Below, one piece after another: positions 1-10,066 of a stretch of 64,000 bases of DNA. The DNA comes from Rhodospirillales bacterium (GTDB lineage: Bacteria; Pseudomonadota; Alphaproteobacteria; Rhodospirillales; Shumkoniaceae): assembly GCA_018432935.1 (NCBI GenBank), contig JAHDSF010000047.1:4463-68462 (forward strand). The letters are read 5' to 3'. Under the pieces are notes generated by a model. That model ran no database searches. It saw only the letters and a list, made by a program, of their open reading frames with translations, and was not told the origin of the DNA. Positions within the stretch are counted from its first letter, which is position 1. Each line of letters starts with the position of its first letter. A program made the position numbers and the translations under genes.

Positions 1-896
1 CCGGGCTCGGCATTGAAAGCCTTCTTGTGGGCCTCGACGGCCTCCTTGTGAAGCGGATTGCCCGAGATGTCCTTGGGGCCGCTGGCATAGACGCCCTCGG
101 CAAATTCGCCGGCCACCTTGATGAAGGTATCGTCCTTGACGCCGTCATCCGATACGAACGGGATCTTCATGTCCTTCTTGCGCATGGCCATGACGATCTT
201 GGACGCCTCGGGGTGATAGCCACCGAAGATCAGCGCATCGGCGCCCGAATCCTTGACCTTCTGCACGGCGGCCGAATAATCGATCGCGCCCGGCGTCACG
301 CCTTCGAACAGGACGACCTTGGCCTTCTTGGACTCTTCGACAACCTTCTGGGCCCACTCGGCGAAGCCTTTGCCGTAGTCGCCCTTGTCGTGAATGATGG
401 CGATCGTCTTGGCGCCCAGCTTGTCCATCGCGAAAGACGCAGCCAGACGGGCCTGGGCGTCGTCGCGGGCGATGGTTCGGAAGAAGTTCGGATAGCCGCC
501 GCCGAGGGTCAGTTCCGGATTGGTCGCCGACGGCGACATCAGGACGATCTTGGATTCCTTGTAGATCGGCAGCGCCGCCTTGGTGGCGCCCGAACAGATA
601 TGGCCCAGGGCCACCGTCACATTCTCGGAGACCAGCTTGAACGCCGCATTGGTGGCCAGCTCGGGCTTGCACTGGTCGTCCTGCGGGACGACCTTCACCT
701 TCATGCCCAGGACGCCGCCTTTGGCATTGTACTGCTCGGCCACCAGCTTGGCCGCATTCACGGTCGGCAGCCCATAGGACGCCAAATCGCCGCTCTGCGC
801 GCCCGGCACGCCGAGAATGATATCCTTCGCCTGCGCCGCCGTCCCCATCAAGGCCACGGCCGCCGCTACGGCGAACGCCGAACTGATCTTTCGCAT
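1..896 (-). CDS. Branched-chain amino acid ABC transporter substrate-binding protein (LivJ/LivK/BraC-like); C-terminus cut by window edge
   Basis: Absent from the ORF track because it runs off the edge. Reverse-strand translation from ATG 896-894 gives MRKISSAFAVAAAVALMGTAAQAKDIILGVPGAQSGDLASYGLPTVNAAKLVAEQYNAKGGVLGMKVKVVPQDDQCKPELATNAAFKLVSENV... This is a signal peptide followed by a Leu/Ile/Val-binding type-1 periplasmic binding fold. Confidence 0.85.
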   Translation of the reverse strand, partial: MRKISSAFAVAAAVALMGTAAQAKDIILGVPGAQSGDLASYGLPTVNAAKLVAEQYNAKGGVLGMKVKVVPQDDQCKPELATNAAFKLVSENVTVALGHICSGATKAALPIYKESKIVLMSPSATNPELTLGGGYPNFFRTIARDDAQARLAASFAMDKLGAKTIAIIHDKGDYGKGFAEWAQKVVEESKKAKVVLFEGVTPGAIDYSAAVQKVKDSGADALIFGGYHPEASKIVMAMRKKDMKIPFVSDDGVKDDTFIKVAGEFAEGVYASGPKDISGNPLHKEAVEAHKKAFNAEP

Positions 897-1239
897 CGCT
901 TTCACCTTTCCACTTCGGTGTGCCGCTGAACCAGAGGCGCCTTCCCTCAAGCCCTCCGTCCCCCACGTGGATCGACCACAGGCTCAGTGGAGTCGCAACA
1001 AACCTCACGAAAGTCAATATCAATCCGAAGGAATGTGGGCCTTCAGCGGCGCCCTGAATGCAATAAAGTTTCAACAAGCGGACTTTGCGCCGCCGGCTGA
1101 TCACGCACTCCAACGTGCGCCTGCCAAGCTTTTCAAGGCGTTGCCGATCGGGAGGTCATCTTCGCCCCCCTTCGGCCACGCCTTCATCGCGTCAGCGTCC
1201 GTGTGCTGGGGGGGTCGGCTCCGTTCGGGCCGGCATCGA

Positions 1240-2334
1240 TCACCGCAGCCGTTCGCCGCTTTCCGAGAAGAAGCGGAGGTGCTGGGGATCGCAGGTCAGC
1301 CGGATGGTCCCCTCCGACACGAGGTCGGCACTGCCGCGCAACTCGACCGTGATGCGCTCGCCGCTGTCCAGCATGCAGTGCAGATAGCGCATGCTGCCCA
1401 GGTTCTCCGAGAAGTCGATCCGCGCCGACAGCAAGCCATTCTCCCCGCCGGTCAGAACCAGGTGCTCGGGACGGATGCCCAGCTTGACCGGCGCGTTCTC
1501 GGTTGCGCTGGCGACCGGGGCATCGAGCTGTATGACGAAGCCGCCTACGCCCACCTTTTGTCCCGGCAGATAGACCGCATCGACGATGTTCATCCGCGGC
1601 GAGCCGATGAAGCCCGCGACGAACAGATTGTCCGGATCCTCGTAGATCTCGCCCGGCGTGCCGACCTGCTCAATGCGACCGTCGCGGAGAACGACGATGC
1701 GATCGGCCAGCGTCATTGCCTCCGTCTGGTCGTGCGTCACGAAGATCATGGTGTTGCCGAGTTCGCGGTGCAGGCGCGCGATCTCGATTCGCATGCTGAC
1801 GCGCAGTTCCGCATCGAGGTTGCTGAGCGGCTCGTCGAACAGGAAAGCGAGCGGCTTGCGCACGATCGCCCTGCCGATCGCCACGCGCTGGCGCTGGCCG
1901 CCCGACAACTGCCCCGGCCGCCGGTCCAGCAGCGGCCCGATCTTCAGGATCTCGGCGGCAGCGTCCACCTGACGGTCGATCTCGTCGCGGGCCACCTTGG
2001 CGATCTCGAGCCCGAAGGCAAGGTTCTCGCGCACGCTCATGTGCGGGTAGAGCGCATACGACTGGAACACCATGGCGATGCCGCGCTTGGCGGGATCGAG
2101 ATCGGTCACGTCCCGGCCGGCAATGATGATGTCGCCTGCCGTGACGTCCTCCAGCCCGGCGATCATCCTGAGCAGGGTCGACTTGCCGCAACCCGACGGG
2201 CCGACGAAGACGACGAATTCGCCGCCTTCGACCTTGAGGTTCAGGCCATGGATGACGTCGACGGAGCCGAAGCTCTTGCGGACATCGCGCAGCTCGATCG
2301 TCGCCTTTTCCGACGAGTACCGATGTGTGCTCAT
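1240..2334 (-). CDS. Sugar ABC transporter ATP-binding protein (MalK/UgpC type)
   Basis: Uses an internal ATG of ORF 1240..3213 ([23 protein letters not shown]...). Walker [10 protein letters not shown], signature LSGGQRQR, Walker B FLFDEPLS, and a MalK-like C-terminal domain. The start overlaps the upstream stop (ATGA, plus-strand tcat 2331-2334). Confidence 0.9.
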   Translation of the reverse strand: MSTHRYSSEKATIELRDVRKSFGSVDVIHGLNLKVEGGEFVVFVGPSGCGKSTLLRMIAGLEDVTAGDIIIAGRDVTDLDPAKRGIAMVFQSYALYPHMSVRENLAFGLEIAKVARDEIDRQVDAAAEILKIGPLLDRRPGQLSGGQRQRVAIGRAIVRKPLAFLFDEPLSNLDAELRVSMRIEIARLHRELGNTMIFVTHDQTEAMTLADRIVVLRDGRIEQVGTPGEIYEDPDNLFVAGFIGSPRMNIVDAVYLPGQKVGVGGFVIQLDAPVASATENAPVKLGIRPEHLVLTGGENGLLSARIDFSENLGSMRYLHCMLDSGERITVELRGSADLVSEGTIRLTCDPQHLRFFSESGERLR

Positions 2335-4265
2335 CAGTGTGCCCTTATCCAAACCAGCATCTCGCCGGGCGTCCGGTTGTCCCACAGATGATAAGGCACG
2401 AGGCGCACCGGTGCGTCCTCCAGCAGGGGCTGACTGGTGTCGTACAGCTTGTCGGTCCAGTCGGACCAGCGCTCGCGCCGGGCGGGAAGGTCGATGGCGA
2501 TCGCCCCGCCGAGCGATGCCATCGGATGCGTGCTGGCCTTTTCCATGCTGCCGAGGATCAGACCCGTGAGACCGGCCGCGTTGTCGACCTGTTCGACGCA
2601 GTAGATCAAGGGTCCTCGCGCCACGGCAATGCGCCCGACATCCGCCCTGACGAGGGGATGCGCCCGCAGGGAGCGGACGGTCATCGGCAGGTCCAGCTCG
2701 ACGGTGTCGCCGTCGCACCATTCCCGCCGGATCCGGTAATAGCCGTTGTCGAGGTCGTGGCGCACCGCTACGCCGTTGATCGACAGGGTGGCCGCCTCGC
2801 ACCAGGAGGGCACGCGCAACGCCAGCCCGAAGGTGGCCGGCCTGTCGACGCCGAGGGTGAATATCACCCCTCCGTTCCAGGGATAGTCGGTCTCCTGCGT
2901 CAACGTCACCGCCGTCTCGGCGACCTCCAGCCTCGCCACGTTCTCGCCGTAGAGATGGACGGCCACCTCGTCCTTCGACAGCCCGTACATGTAGCTGCCG
3001 ATCGAGGCAACGGTGCGGGCGATGTTCGGCGGGCAGCACGGGCAGCGGTGCCAAGTCCACCGATGATGCGCGCCGCAGCTCGCCAGGGGGTTGTCGTAGA
3101 AGAACTTGGCACCGTCGACGGCGAGGCCGGCCAGGGCCCCGTTGTAGAGCGCCTGCTCCATGATGTCGGCGTAGACCCTGTCGGGGCGGCGGCCGAGCAT
3201 CCGGCTCGCCCACATGGCCAGACCGATCGAGGCGCAGGTCTCCGCGTAGGCGGTCTCGTTCGGCAGATCGTAGTGGTCGGTGAACCCCTCGTTGCTCGCC
3301 GCCGGGCCGATGCCGCCGGTCACGTACATCTGCTTCGTCGTCAGGTCCTTCCAGAGCACCGCCAGGGCGTCGGTCAGAGTGTCGTCGCCGAACTCGGTGG
3401 CGACGTCGGCCATGCCGGAATAGAGGTACATCGCACGCACCGCATGGCCCGTGACCTTGCGCTGCTCGCGCACCGGCAGGTGGGACTGGCTGTACTCGTA
3501 GCTCTTATGGCGGAACCGCTTGGGGTCGGTGCCGCGGGCGACGGCTTCGGCATCGAAATAGTGCGGCTGCCGACCGCGTTCCTCCACGAAATAGCGGGCA
3601 AGATCGAGATAGCGCCGCTCGCCGGTGACCCGACCGAGGCGGACAAGCGCGAGTTCGATCTCCTCGTGGCCGCAATAGCCGCGCTTCTGGCCTGGGCGCG
3701 GCCCGAATGTCACGTCGATGTGGTCCGCATAGCGGCACATGATGTCGAGGAGCCTGCGCTTGCCGGTGGCCTGGAAGTACGCGACTGCGCCCTCGATGAG
3801 GTGTCCGGCGCAATAGAGCTCATGGCAGTCGCGCAGGTTGGTCCAGCGCTGGCCGGGCTGCATGCGGATGAACCAGGAGTTGAGGTACCCGTCCGGCTCC
3901 TGGAGCTTGCCGTACATGTCGATGATGCCGTCGATCTTGGCCTCGAGGTCCGGGTTCGGCTTGCGCCAGAGCGCGTAGGCCGCGGTCTCGATCACCTTGG
4001 CGACGTCAGAATCCCAGAACATCTGCACGTTCACGGAATCGGGCGAGCCGTCGGCCCAGGTGTGGAAGGCCATCCTCACCGCCGGCACCGGCCGGTCGGG
4101 ATCGATCTGGTCGAACATGCCTGCGGCGACGCAGCGCTCGTAAAGGATCATCGCCGTCCGATCGGCAACGGAATCGATGCGGCTGCCCCAGAAGCCGCGG
4201 ACGTCGACGTCGGGGACGGCGGGCGGGCGGAAGCCGTCGCCCTGTTCGGTGCGATGCGAGGTCAT
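2334..4265 (-). CDS. Glycoside hydrolase family 127 (DUF1680, HypBA1-type beta-L-arabinofuranosidase-like)
   Basis: 643-aa ORF. GH127/DUF1680-like blocks are present ([30 protein letters not shown]) together with the Cys cluster [13 protein letters not shown] typical of the Zn/Cys catalytic site. Confidence 0.85.
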   Translation of the reverse strand: MTSHRTEQGDGFRPPAVPDVDVRGFWGSRIDSVADRTAMILYERCVAAGMFDQIDPDRPVPAVRMAFHTWADGSPDSVNVQMFWDSDVAKVIETAAYALWRKPNPDLEAKIDGIIDMYGKLQEPDGYLNSWFIRMQPGQRWTNLRDCHELYCAGHLIEGAVAYFQATGKRRLLDIMCRYADHIDVTFGPRPGQKRGYCGHEEIELALVRLGRVTGERRYLDLARYFVEERGRQPHYFDAEAVARGTDPKRFRHKSYEYSQSHLPVREQRKVTGHAVRAMYLYSGMADVATEFGDDTLTDALAVLWKDLTTKQMYVTGGIGPAASNEGFTDHYDLPNETAYAETCASIGLAMWASRMLGRRPDRVYADIMEQALYNGALAGLAVDGAKFFYDNPLASCGAHHRWTWHRCPCCPPNIARTVASIGSYMYGLSKDEVAVHLYGENVARLEVAETAVTLTQETDYPWNGGVIFTLGVDRPATFGLALRVPSWCEAATLSINGVAVRHDLDNGYYRIRREWCDGDTVELDLPMTVRSLRAHPLVRADVGRIAVARGPLIYCVEQVDNAAGLTGLILGSMEKASTHPMASLGGAIAIDLPARRERWSDWTDKLYDTSQPLLEDAPVRLVPYHLWDNRTPGEMLVWIRAH

Positions 4266-4283
4266 GTCGGTCCCTTGATCCGG

Positions 4284-5144
4284 TTACTTGACGGCACCCG
4301 CGGTCAGCCCGCGGATGTAGTAGCGCTGCAGCAGAAGGAAGAGGGCGAGGCAGGGTGCCATCATCATCGTCACGCCCGACTGGACCGCTCCCCAGTCGAT
4401 GGTGCCGAACTGTCCGGACCGGATTGCCGCCATCAGGACCGGCAGAGTGTACTTCTTCTGGTCCGTAAGCAGGATCAACGCTGCCAGGAACTCGTTCCAC
4501 GAAGCCAGAAAGGCGAAGATCGCGACCGTCGCCACGCCCGGCAGCACCAGTGGGAGCATGATCCTGCGCAGCATGACGAAGACGGAGGCCCCGTCCGCGC
4601 GCGCGGCGTCCTCGATGTCTTTCGGCACCGAGTCGAACGCGTTGCGCATCATGAAGATCGAGAACGGCATCTGCAGGGTGACGTAGACGCAGACGATGCC
4701 GGCCAGCGTGTTCTGGAGCCCGAGCTTGGTCAGGATCAGGAACAGCGGCGTCAGGATGGATTGGAACGGGATCATCACCGTCGAGATGATGAGGACGAAG
4801 AGCACGTTCTTGAGCGGGAACTGGAACCGTGAGAAGCCGTAGCCGGCAAGCAGGCTGATGATCACCGTCCCCAGGACGGTCATCGCGGACACGGTGAGGC
4901 TGTTCCCGGAATAGGTCCAGATGCCGGCGCCGAACTTCGCGAGGTTCTCGTAGTTCTGGAAGCTGAAGCCCTCGACCGGCCACGGAGGCAGCGGCGGCTG
5001 GCGCGCTTCCAGCGAAGGTTTGAAGCTGACGAGGACGCTCCAGGCCAGCGGCGCCAGGAACAGGAGCGAGGCCGTCAGGCCGACCAGATGGTAGCGGGTC
5101 TCGCCGAGCCACCTGCGGCGCGCCGAACGGGCCGTACGCGACAT
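4284..5144 (-). CDS. Carbohydrate ABC transporter permease (MalG-like)
   Basis: Uses an internal ATG of ORF 4284..5933 (MSRTARSARRRWLGETRYHLVGL...). Six predicted TM helices and an EAA-type loop (DIEDAARADGAS). The start overlaps the upstream stop (ATGA at 5141-5144). Confidence 0.9.
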   Translation of the reverse strand: MSRTARSARRRWLGETRYHLVGLTASLLFLAPLAWSVLVSFKPSLEARQPPLPPWPVEGFSFQNYENLAKFGAGIWTYSGNSLTVSAMTVLGTVIISLLAGYGFSRFQFPLKNVLFVLIISTVMIPFQSILTPLFLILTKLGLQNTLAGIVCVYVTLQMPFSIFMMRNAFDSVPKDIEDAARADGASVFVMLRRIMLPLVLPGVATVAIFAFLASWNEFLAALILLTDQKKYTLPVLMAAIRSGQFGTIDWGAVQSGVTMMMAPCLALFLLLQRYYIRGLTAGAVK

Positions 5145-6085
5145 CACATACCCTCCGGTGTGCGCAGCAGACGCAGCTGGATGACGCTGATCGTGACCAG
5201 GATCAGCAGCAGAACCATGGACAGGGCAGCGCCGTAGCCGAGGCGGAACGAAACGAACGACTGGCTGAAGATCCAGTAGACCGCGGTAACCGTGCTGTTG
5301 CGCGGCCCGCCGTCGGCAATGATGTAGAACTGGTCGAACGCCAGGATGGAGCCGGCCACCGAGAGGATCAGCGCCAGCGCAATGGTACGGCGCATGAGCG
5401 GCAGCGTGATGCGCCGAAACCGAAGCCAGTTCGACGCCCCGTCCATGCGGGCCGCCTCCTGGACCTCGGCCGAGATCCCCTGCAGGCCGGTCAGCAGGAT
5501 GATCATGTTGAAGCCGGCGGTCTTCCAGACGACCATGATGACGATCGACCAGAAGGTGGTGTCGAACTCGGCCAGCAGGTTGACCGGCTTGTCGGTCAGG
5601 CCGAGGCGGAAGGCGGCCGGCGAGAACAGGCCGGCGTCGACGTTCATCAGCCAGGCCCAGAGCAGGCTGGCCGAACTGAAGCCGACGACCATCGGCAGGA
5701 AGAACGAGGTGCGATAGAACTTCGTCAGTGGCCGTCCCTTGTCGACGAACAGGGCGAGCGGGAAGGCCACTGCGAAGATCGCGATCGTCACGACCACCGT
5801 ATAGAGCGCCGTGAACTGCATCGCACCCCAGAAGCGTGCGTCGTCCAGCAGGCTGACGTAGTTGTCGAGCCCTATGAACCGCGGTTTCCCGAGCAGCGGC
5901 CAGTTGTGCAGCGACATCCAGAATGCCATGCACAGGGGAATCACGAAGAAGACCAGGACAAGCAAGACCGCAGGCACCACGAACAGAAACCCGGTCAGTT
6001 GCTTGCGCCGTTGGCGTGACCGGCGCGGCCGGATGGTGTCGGCGGCGGACGAGGTGTTCGGCATAACGGCGTGCTCACGGGGCAT
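5144..6085 (-). CDS. Carbohydrate ABC transporter permease (MalF-like)
   Basis: C-terminal part of ORF 5144..7279, with EAA loop EVQEAARMDGAS. Start chosen at MPREHAV (6085), which has AGGA about 11 nt upstream. An alternative ATG lies at 6064. Confidence 0.85.
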   Translation of the reverse strand: MPREHAVMPNTSSAADTIRPRRSRQRRKQLTGFLFVVPAVLLVLVFFVIPLCMAFWMSLHNWPLLGKPRFIGLDNYVSLLDDARFWGAMQFTALYTVVVTIAIFAVAFPLALFVDKGRPLTKFYRTSFFLPMVVGFSSASLLWAWLMNVDAGLFSPAAFRLGLTDKPVNLLAEFDTTFWSIVIMVVWKTAGFNMIILLTGLQGISAEVQEAARMDGASNWLRFRRITLPLMRRTIALALILSVAGSILAFDQFYIIADGGPRNSTVTAVYWIFSQSFVSFRLGYGAALSMVLLLILVTISVIQLRLLRTPEGM

Positions 6086-6120
6086 GGCTGACGTCGTCCT
6101 GAAGGAATCCTGCGACGGCG

Positions 6121-7365
6121 CTATTTCCCGGCCGAGTCCAGGATCGACTGCATCGTCTTTTGCGCGCGGGCCAAAGAGCCGCTGACGTCGTTGCCGAAGA
6201 AGACCTCGTTCAGCATCTGCTTCCACGGGCCGGTGCTGCTGTTGATGATGTCGTTGTAGACGGGCGAGGTCGGCGTCCGGCCGAGCGCCATGGCCTGGGT
6301 CGCCACCCGGTAGCGCTGGTCGAGCGCCTTCAGGGCCTCGTCGGCAACGTCGCTGCGGGTCGGCAGGCTGCCGAGCTTGGCGAGCAGGCTCTGGCCCTCG
6401 ACCGAGTAGATGAAGTCGAGGAACTCGCGCACCACGCCCATGTTCTTGCGGCCGGCCGTCACGACGAAGTTGTCGCCGCCCGCGAAGGAGGATTTGCCGC
6501 CGTCCTTGCCCGGGATGAAGGTGACGCCGAACTCGACGTGGGGATAGTTCCTGACCAGATTGCCGATGGCGAAGGCGCCGATCGGCGACATCCCGATCTT
6601 GTCGGTCGCGAAGCCGCCGTAGAAATTCGCCCCGGAGTCGGTCCTGGCGCCCTCGGGCACGTAGCCTTTGGCGACCAGGCCGCGATAGAGGTCGATGGCG
6701 CTGCGCATCTGGGGGGTGTCGAGCGTGGCGCGCTTGCCGCCGTCGACCAGGATGTCGCCGCCGGAGGCCCAGATCAGGGGCATGAAGGTGAAGGCGTTGC
6801 AGCCGCCACAGGCGCCCGAGAAGTAGAACCCCCTGATGTCGCCTCCCAGCGCATTGATCTTGCCGGCATAGGATTCGATCTCGGCCCAGTTCGTCGGCCC
6901 CTTCTCCGGGTCGAGGCCGGCCTGCCGGAAAAGCCTCTTGTTGTAGAGGAGCACCGACGCGTCGGCCGACATCGGCAGGCCGTAGATGCGATCCTGATAG
7001 GTGCCGGCGCCGACATGGGCTTTCGAAAGATTGGCGAAGAACGGCAGACTCTTGGCAAGGTCGGTCAGGTCCTCGAGCTGCCCGGCGGCGGCGAAAGCCG
7101 TCGTGTAGACGAGGTCGAGCGACAGGAGATCGGGTGCCGAGCCGCCTGCGGCGGCGATGGCGTATTTCTGCACCATTTCGGTATTGGGCACGATCTGCAG
7201 TTCGATCTGCGTCTTGTGCGAAGCGTTGAACGTCTTGATCAGGGTTGGCATGAAGGTCTCGCTCGACGAGCGGGACCACATCGTCACCTTGCTCTGCGCA
7301 AAGGCGGCACCTGGCGTGATGCCCAAAGCGATCGTCGCCAGTGCTACGATTTTCAGCATTCTCAT
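6121..7365 (-). CDS. Sugar ABC transporter substrate-binding protein (family 1)
   Basis: ORF 6121..7401. Start taken at MRMLKIVALATIALGITPGAAFAQ (signal peptide), preceded by GGGAGGAA 7 nt upstream. The rest has an extracellular solute-binding family 1 fold. Confidence 0.9.
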   Translation of the reverse strand: MRMLKIVALATIALGITPGAAFAQSKVTMWSRSSSETFMPTLIKTFNASHKTQIELQIVPNTEMVQKYAIAAAGGSAPDLLSLDLVYTTAFAAAGQLEDLTDLAKSLPFFANLSKAHVGAGTYQDRIYGLPMSADASVLLYNKRLFRQAGLDPEKGPTNWAEIESYAGKINALGGDIRGFYFSGACGGCNAFTFMPLIWASGGDILVDGGKRATLDTPQMRSAIDLYRGLVAKGYVPEGARTDSGANFYGGFATDKIGMSPIGAFAIGNLVRNYPHVEFGVTFIPGKDGGKSSFAGGDNFVVTAGRKNMGVVREFLDFIYSVEGQSLLAKLGSLPTRSDVADEALKALDQRYRVATQAMALGRTPTSPVYNDIINSSTGPWKQMLNEVFFGNDVSGSLARAQKTMQSILDSAGK

Positions 7366-7432
7366 GGTCTCGTTCCTCCCGTTGATCGTATCTGGTGTCA
7401 CCTGAGTTCGGCCAACCCGTCGGACGTGACGG

Positions 7433-8443
7433 CTAGGAGCCGCGGACGATCAAGCTGCACGGCAGCTTCCACAAACCTCCCGGCGCCCGTTCGCCGGTGA
7501 TGGAGCGGATGAGCGTCAACCCGGCCTGACGGCCGAGTTCCTTGAGATTCATGTCGATGGTCGTCAACGGAGGTCGCGTCTGCTCCGCCACGATCTCCCA
7601 ATTGTCGAAACCGACGATCGAGACATCGGCGGGCACTCGGACCCCGCGTTCGCGCAGGGCGTCGATGACGCCGCGGGCGATCTGGTCATTGCCGCAGAAG
7701 ATCCCGTCCGGGTGGTCGGGCCCCGACCACAGCCGCGCCACGGCCTCGTGTCCCCAGCGCTCCGACCAGGTGCCATAGAGGACGCACGGCTCTGCCGGCG
7801 CCGGTTCGGCGGATCGCAGCGCGTCAACGTAGGCGCGCGCGCGCTCGCGCGCGACTTCGAAGGTCTCCGGGCCGGTGACGTGCACGATGCGCCGGCGCTG
7901 CCGGGCGATAAGGTGTTGCACCGCCTGGATCGCCCCCTGCCTGTCGTCCGGCACGAGAGTGACGGCGTCGGCGGGACCGGCGGTCAGCGCGTAGACGACC
8001 GGCACCGGCAGGTTATGCAGGTCGACGGGCAGGGGTTTGTCGAGGCGCTTCCCCGTCGCGATGATGCCGTCGACCTGCTTGTCGAGCAGCGCGTCGAGGT
8101 GAATCCTGGTGAGATCGGGATTACCCTCGACGGCGCACAGGAACACGGACACGCCATGATCAATCAGCCCTTCCGACACGCCCGCCATGACCGGCAAGGT
8201 GAAGCGTCCGTAGGTGTCGTCCGTCAGCAGGCCGACGGTGAAGCTGCGCTTGCTGGTCAGGCTTCGGGCGAGTGCGTTGGGACGGAAGCCCAGTTGCTGG
8301 GCGACCCGCTTGATGCGGTCGCGCGTCTGCTCCGATATGCGGCCGGTCCCGTTCAACGCCTTCGAAGCCGTGGCGACGCTGACCTCCGCGATCCTGGCTA
8401 CGTCGTAGATAGTCACGCGTTCCGACGATGTCGGCCCGATCAT
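7433..8443 (-). CDS. LacI family transcriptional regulator
   Basis: N-terminal HTH VTIYDVARIAEVSVATASKALNG followed by a periplasmic-binding-like sugar domain. It is the first gene of the minus-strand operon. Confidence 0.9.
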   Translation of the reverse strand: MIGPTSSERVTIYDVARIAEVSVATASKALNGTGRISEQTRDRIKRVAQQLGFRPNALARSLTSKRSFTVGLLTDDTYGRFTLPVMAGVSEGLIDHGVSVFLCAVEGNPDLTRIHLDALLDKQVDGIIATGKRLDKPLPVDLHNLPVPVVYALTAGPADAVTLVPDDRQGAIQAVQHLIARQRRRIVHVTGPETFEVARERARAYVDALRSAEPAPAEPCVLYGTWSERWGHEAVARLWSGPDHPDGIFCGNDQIARGVIDALRERGVRVPADVSIVGFDNWEIVAEQTRPPLTTIDMNLKELGRQAGLTLIRSITGERAPGGLWKLPCSLIVRGS

Positions 8444-8455
8444 GATTTCACCATC

Positions 8456-8515
8456 TGGGAAACCGCTTTCCCAGAGTTTATAGCACGATTTTTTGCCTGG
8501 GAAAAGGGTTTCCCA
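8456..8515. promoter_or_regulatory. Two 18-bp palindromic LacI-type operators flanking a -10-like TATAAA
   Basis: O1 is TGGGAAACCGCTTTCCCA (8456-8473) and O2 is TGGGAAAAGGGTTTCCCA (8498-8515), with centres 42 bp apart. On the minus strand, TATAAA lies between them, just upstream of the lacI-type gene start at 8443. Confidence 0.5.
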
Positions 8516-8638
8516 CGACCATTTTTGGGATGGCTGTGAAGACCGGCCACCACACCTTCGGGTGCCTATGACCCGACGGCCGGGGCGGTACCGGGGGCTG
8601 TCCGCTGCCGAGCGGCAGCAACAGGTCGCGCGGCCGTC

Positions 8639-10066
8639 TCAGTGCTGGGGCGGCGAGAGGGCGCCCTCCACCCCGGCGGCGAGCGGCGTCGCCAGCGCGG
8701 GGAACGCCTCCCTGCAGACGCCGGCGATCCGGCGCAGCGCGTCGGGCGTCTCGCCCTCCAGGCGCATCGTGATCTTGGGCTCGGTGATCGAGCGGCGGGC
8801 GAGCAGCCAGCCGTCCGGCCACACCAGCCGCACGCCGTCGAGGCGCTCGGGAACGCCGCCGCCCAGCCCATCGGCACAGGTGGCGATGATGCGCTCGATC
8901 TCCGCCGCCGGAAGCGCCAGCCGCAGGTCCTCGGTCATGAACATCGGCGGCAGCGCATCGACCAGTTCGGCCAGGCCCGTATCCTGTCCCGCCAGCCAGG
9001 AGGCCAGCAGGAGCGACGTGTGGAGCGGGTCGTCGCGCGCCTCGATCTCGCCCAGGAATACGTGCCCCGAGAGCTCCACGCCGGCCAGGGCCTGCCGTTC
9101 CAGGACCGTACGCTTCATGAAGGCATGGCCGCTCTTGCAACGCACCGCCTGGCCGCCCAGTGCGGCGATCCGGCGGTCGAGGTGCATCGAGCATTTGATG
9201 TCGAGGATGACGTGCTGGCCGCGGTTCGGCCGCAGCGGGCCCTGGAACAGGACCATCGCCAGCCGTTCGGCCCCGAGAACCCGGCCCCGCCCATCGACCA
9301 CAGCGATGCGGTCGCCGTCGCCGTCGAAGGCGACGCCGAAATCCGCGCGCTCTTCGCGGCAGGCGGCGCGTAGCGCCTCGAGATGGCCGGGCACCGCGCA
9401 GTCGGGATGGCGCTCGCGGAACAGGCCGTCGACGGTGTCGTGGAGGGCGACGACCCGGGCGCCGAGGTGCCGGAACGCCTGCGACGCCACCCCTGACAGA
9501 CAGCCGTTGCCGGGGTCGACGGCGACCGTCAGCCGCTCGATGCCGCGGCCGCGGAAACCGGCCTCGACATCGGCAAGGTAGTCGTCGACGATGCCGTCCC
9601 ACCGGCGCAGCCGTGCCTTGGGAATCGGGCCCCCCGCGGGGAAAGAGGACGCGGCCTCGGCCAGGCCCAGGATGTCGCCCGGGGTCGGCGGAAGGGCCCC
9701 GGCCATCAGCTTGAGGCCGTTCCAGGAGGGCGGGTTGTGGGAGGCGGTGATGATCGCGCTGCCCTGCGCCTTCCGCCGGGCCTTGGCCCAGTAGATCGCG
9801 GGTGTCGGCACCCGCTCGCCGAGATCGATGACCGTCAGGGCATGCCGTTCGAGGCCGGACAGAAAGCTCTTGCGCAGCGCCGGCGTCGATGCCCTGGCGT
9901 CGCCGCCGACCACGACCAGACCCGGCGCCAGGTCGCCTGCCGCGGGTTGCGCCGCCAGCGCCCGCCCGTACGCCCAGCCGACCTTCTCGAACAGGGACTC
10001 GTCGAGCTCGTCCGGGTAAACGCCGCGAATGTCGCAGTCCTTGAAGGCGCGCGTGTCGACCGCCAT
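8639..10066 (-). CDS. Phosphomannomutase/phosphoglucomutase (alpha-D-phosphohexomutase)
   Basis: Uses an internal ATG of ORF 8639..11122 (MAVDTRAFKDCDIRGVY...). Active-site loop TASHNPPSWNG and Mg loop FDGDGDR. The start overlaps the FGGY kinase stop (ATGA at 10063-10066). Confidence 0.9.
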   Translation of the reverse strand: MAVDTRAFKDCDIRGVYPDELDESLFEKVGWAYGRALAAQPAAGDLAPGLVVVGGDARASTPALRKSFLSGLERHALTVIDLGERVPTPAIYWAKARRKAQGSAIITASHNPPSWNGLKLMAGALPPTPGDILGLAEAASSFPAGGPIPKARLRRWDGIVDDYLADVEAGFRGRGIERLTVAVDPGNGCLSGVASQAFRHLGARVVALHDTVDGLFRERHPDCAVPGHLEALRAACREERADFGVAFDGDGDRIAVVDGRGRVLGAERLAMVLFQGPLRPNRGQHVILDIKCSMHLDRRIAALGGQAVRCKSGHAFMKRTVLERQALAGVELSGHVFLGEIEARDDPLHTSLLLASWLAGQDTGLAELVDALPPMFMTEDLRLALPAAEIERIIATCADGLGGGVPERLDGVRLVWPDGWLLARRSITEPKITMRLEGETPDALRRIAGVCREAFPALATPLAAGVEGALSPPQH

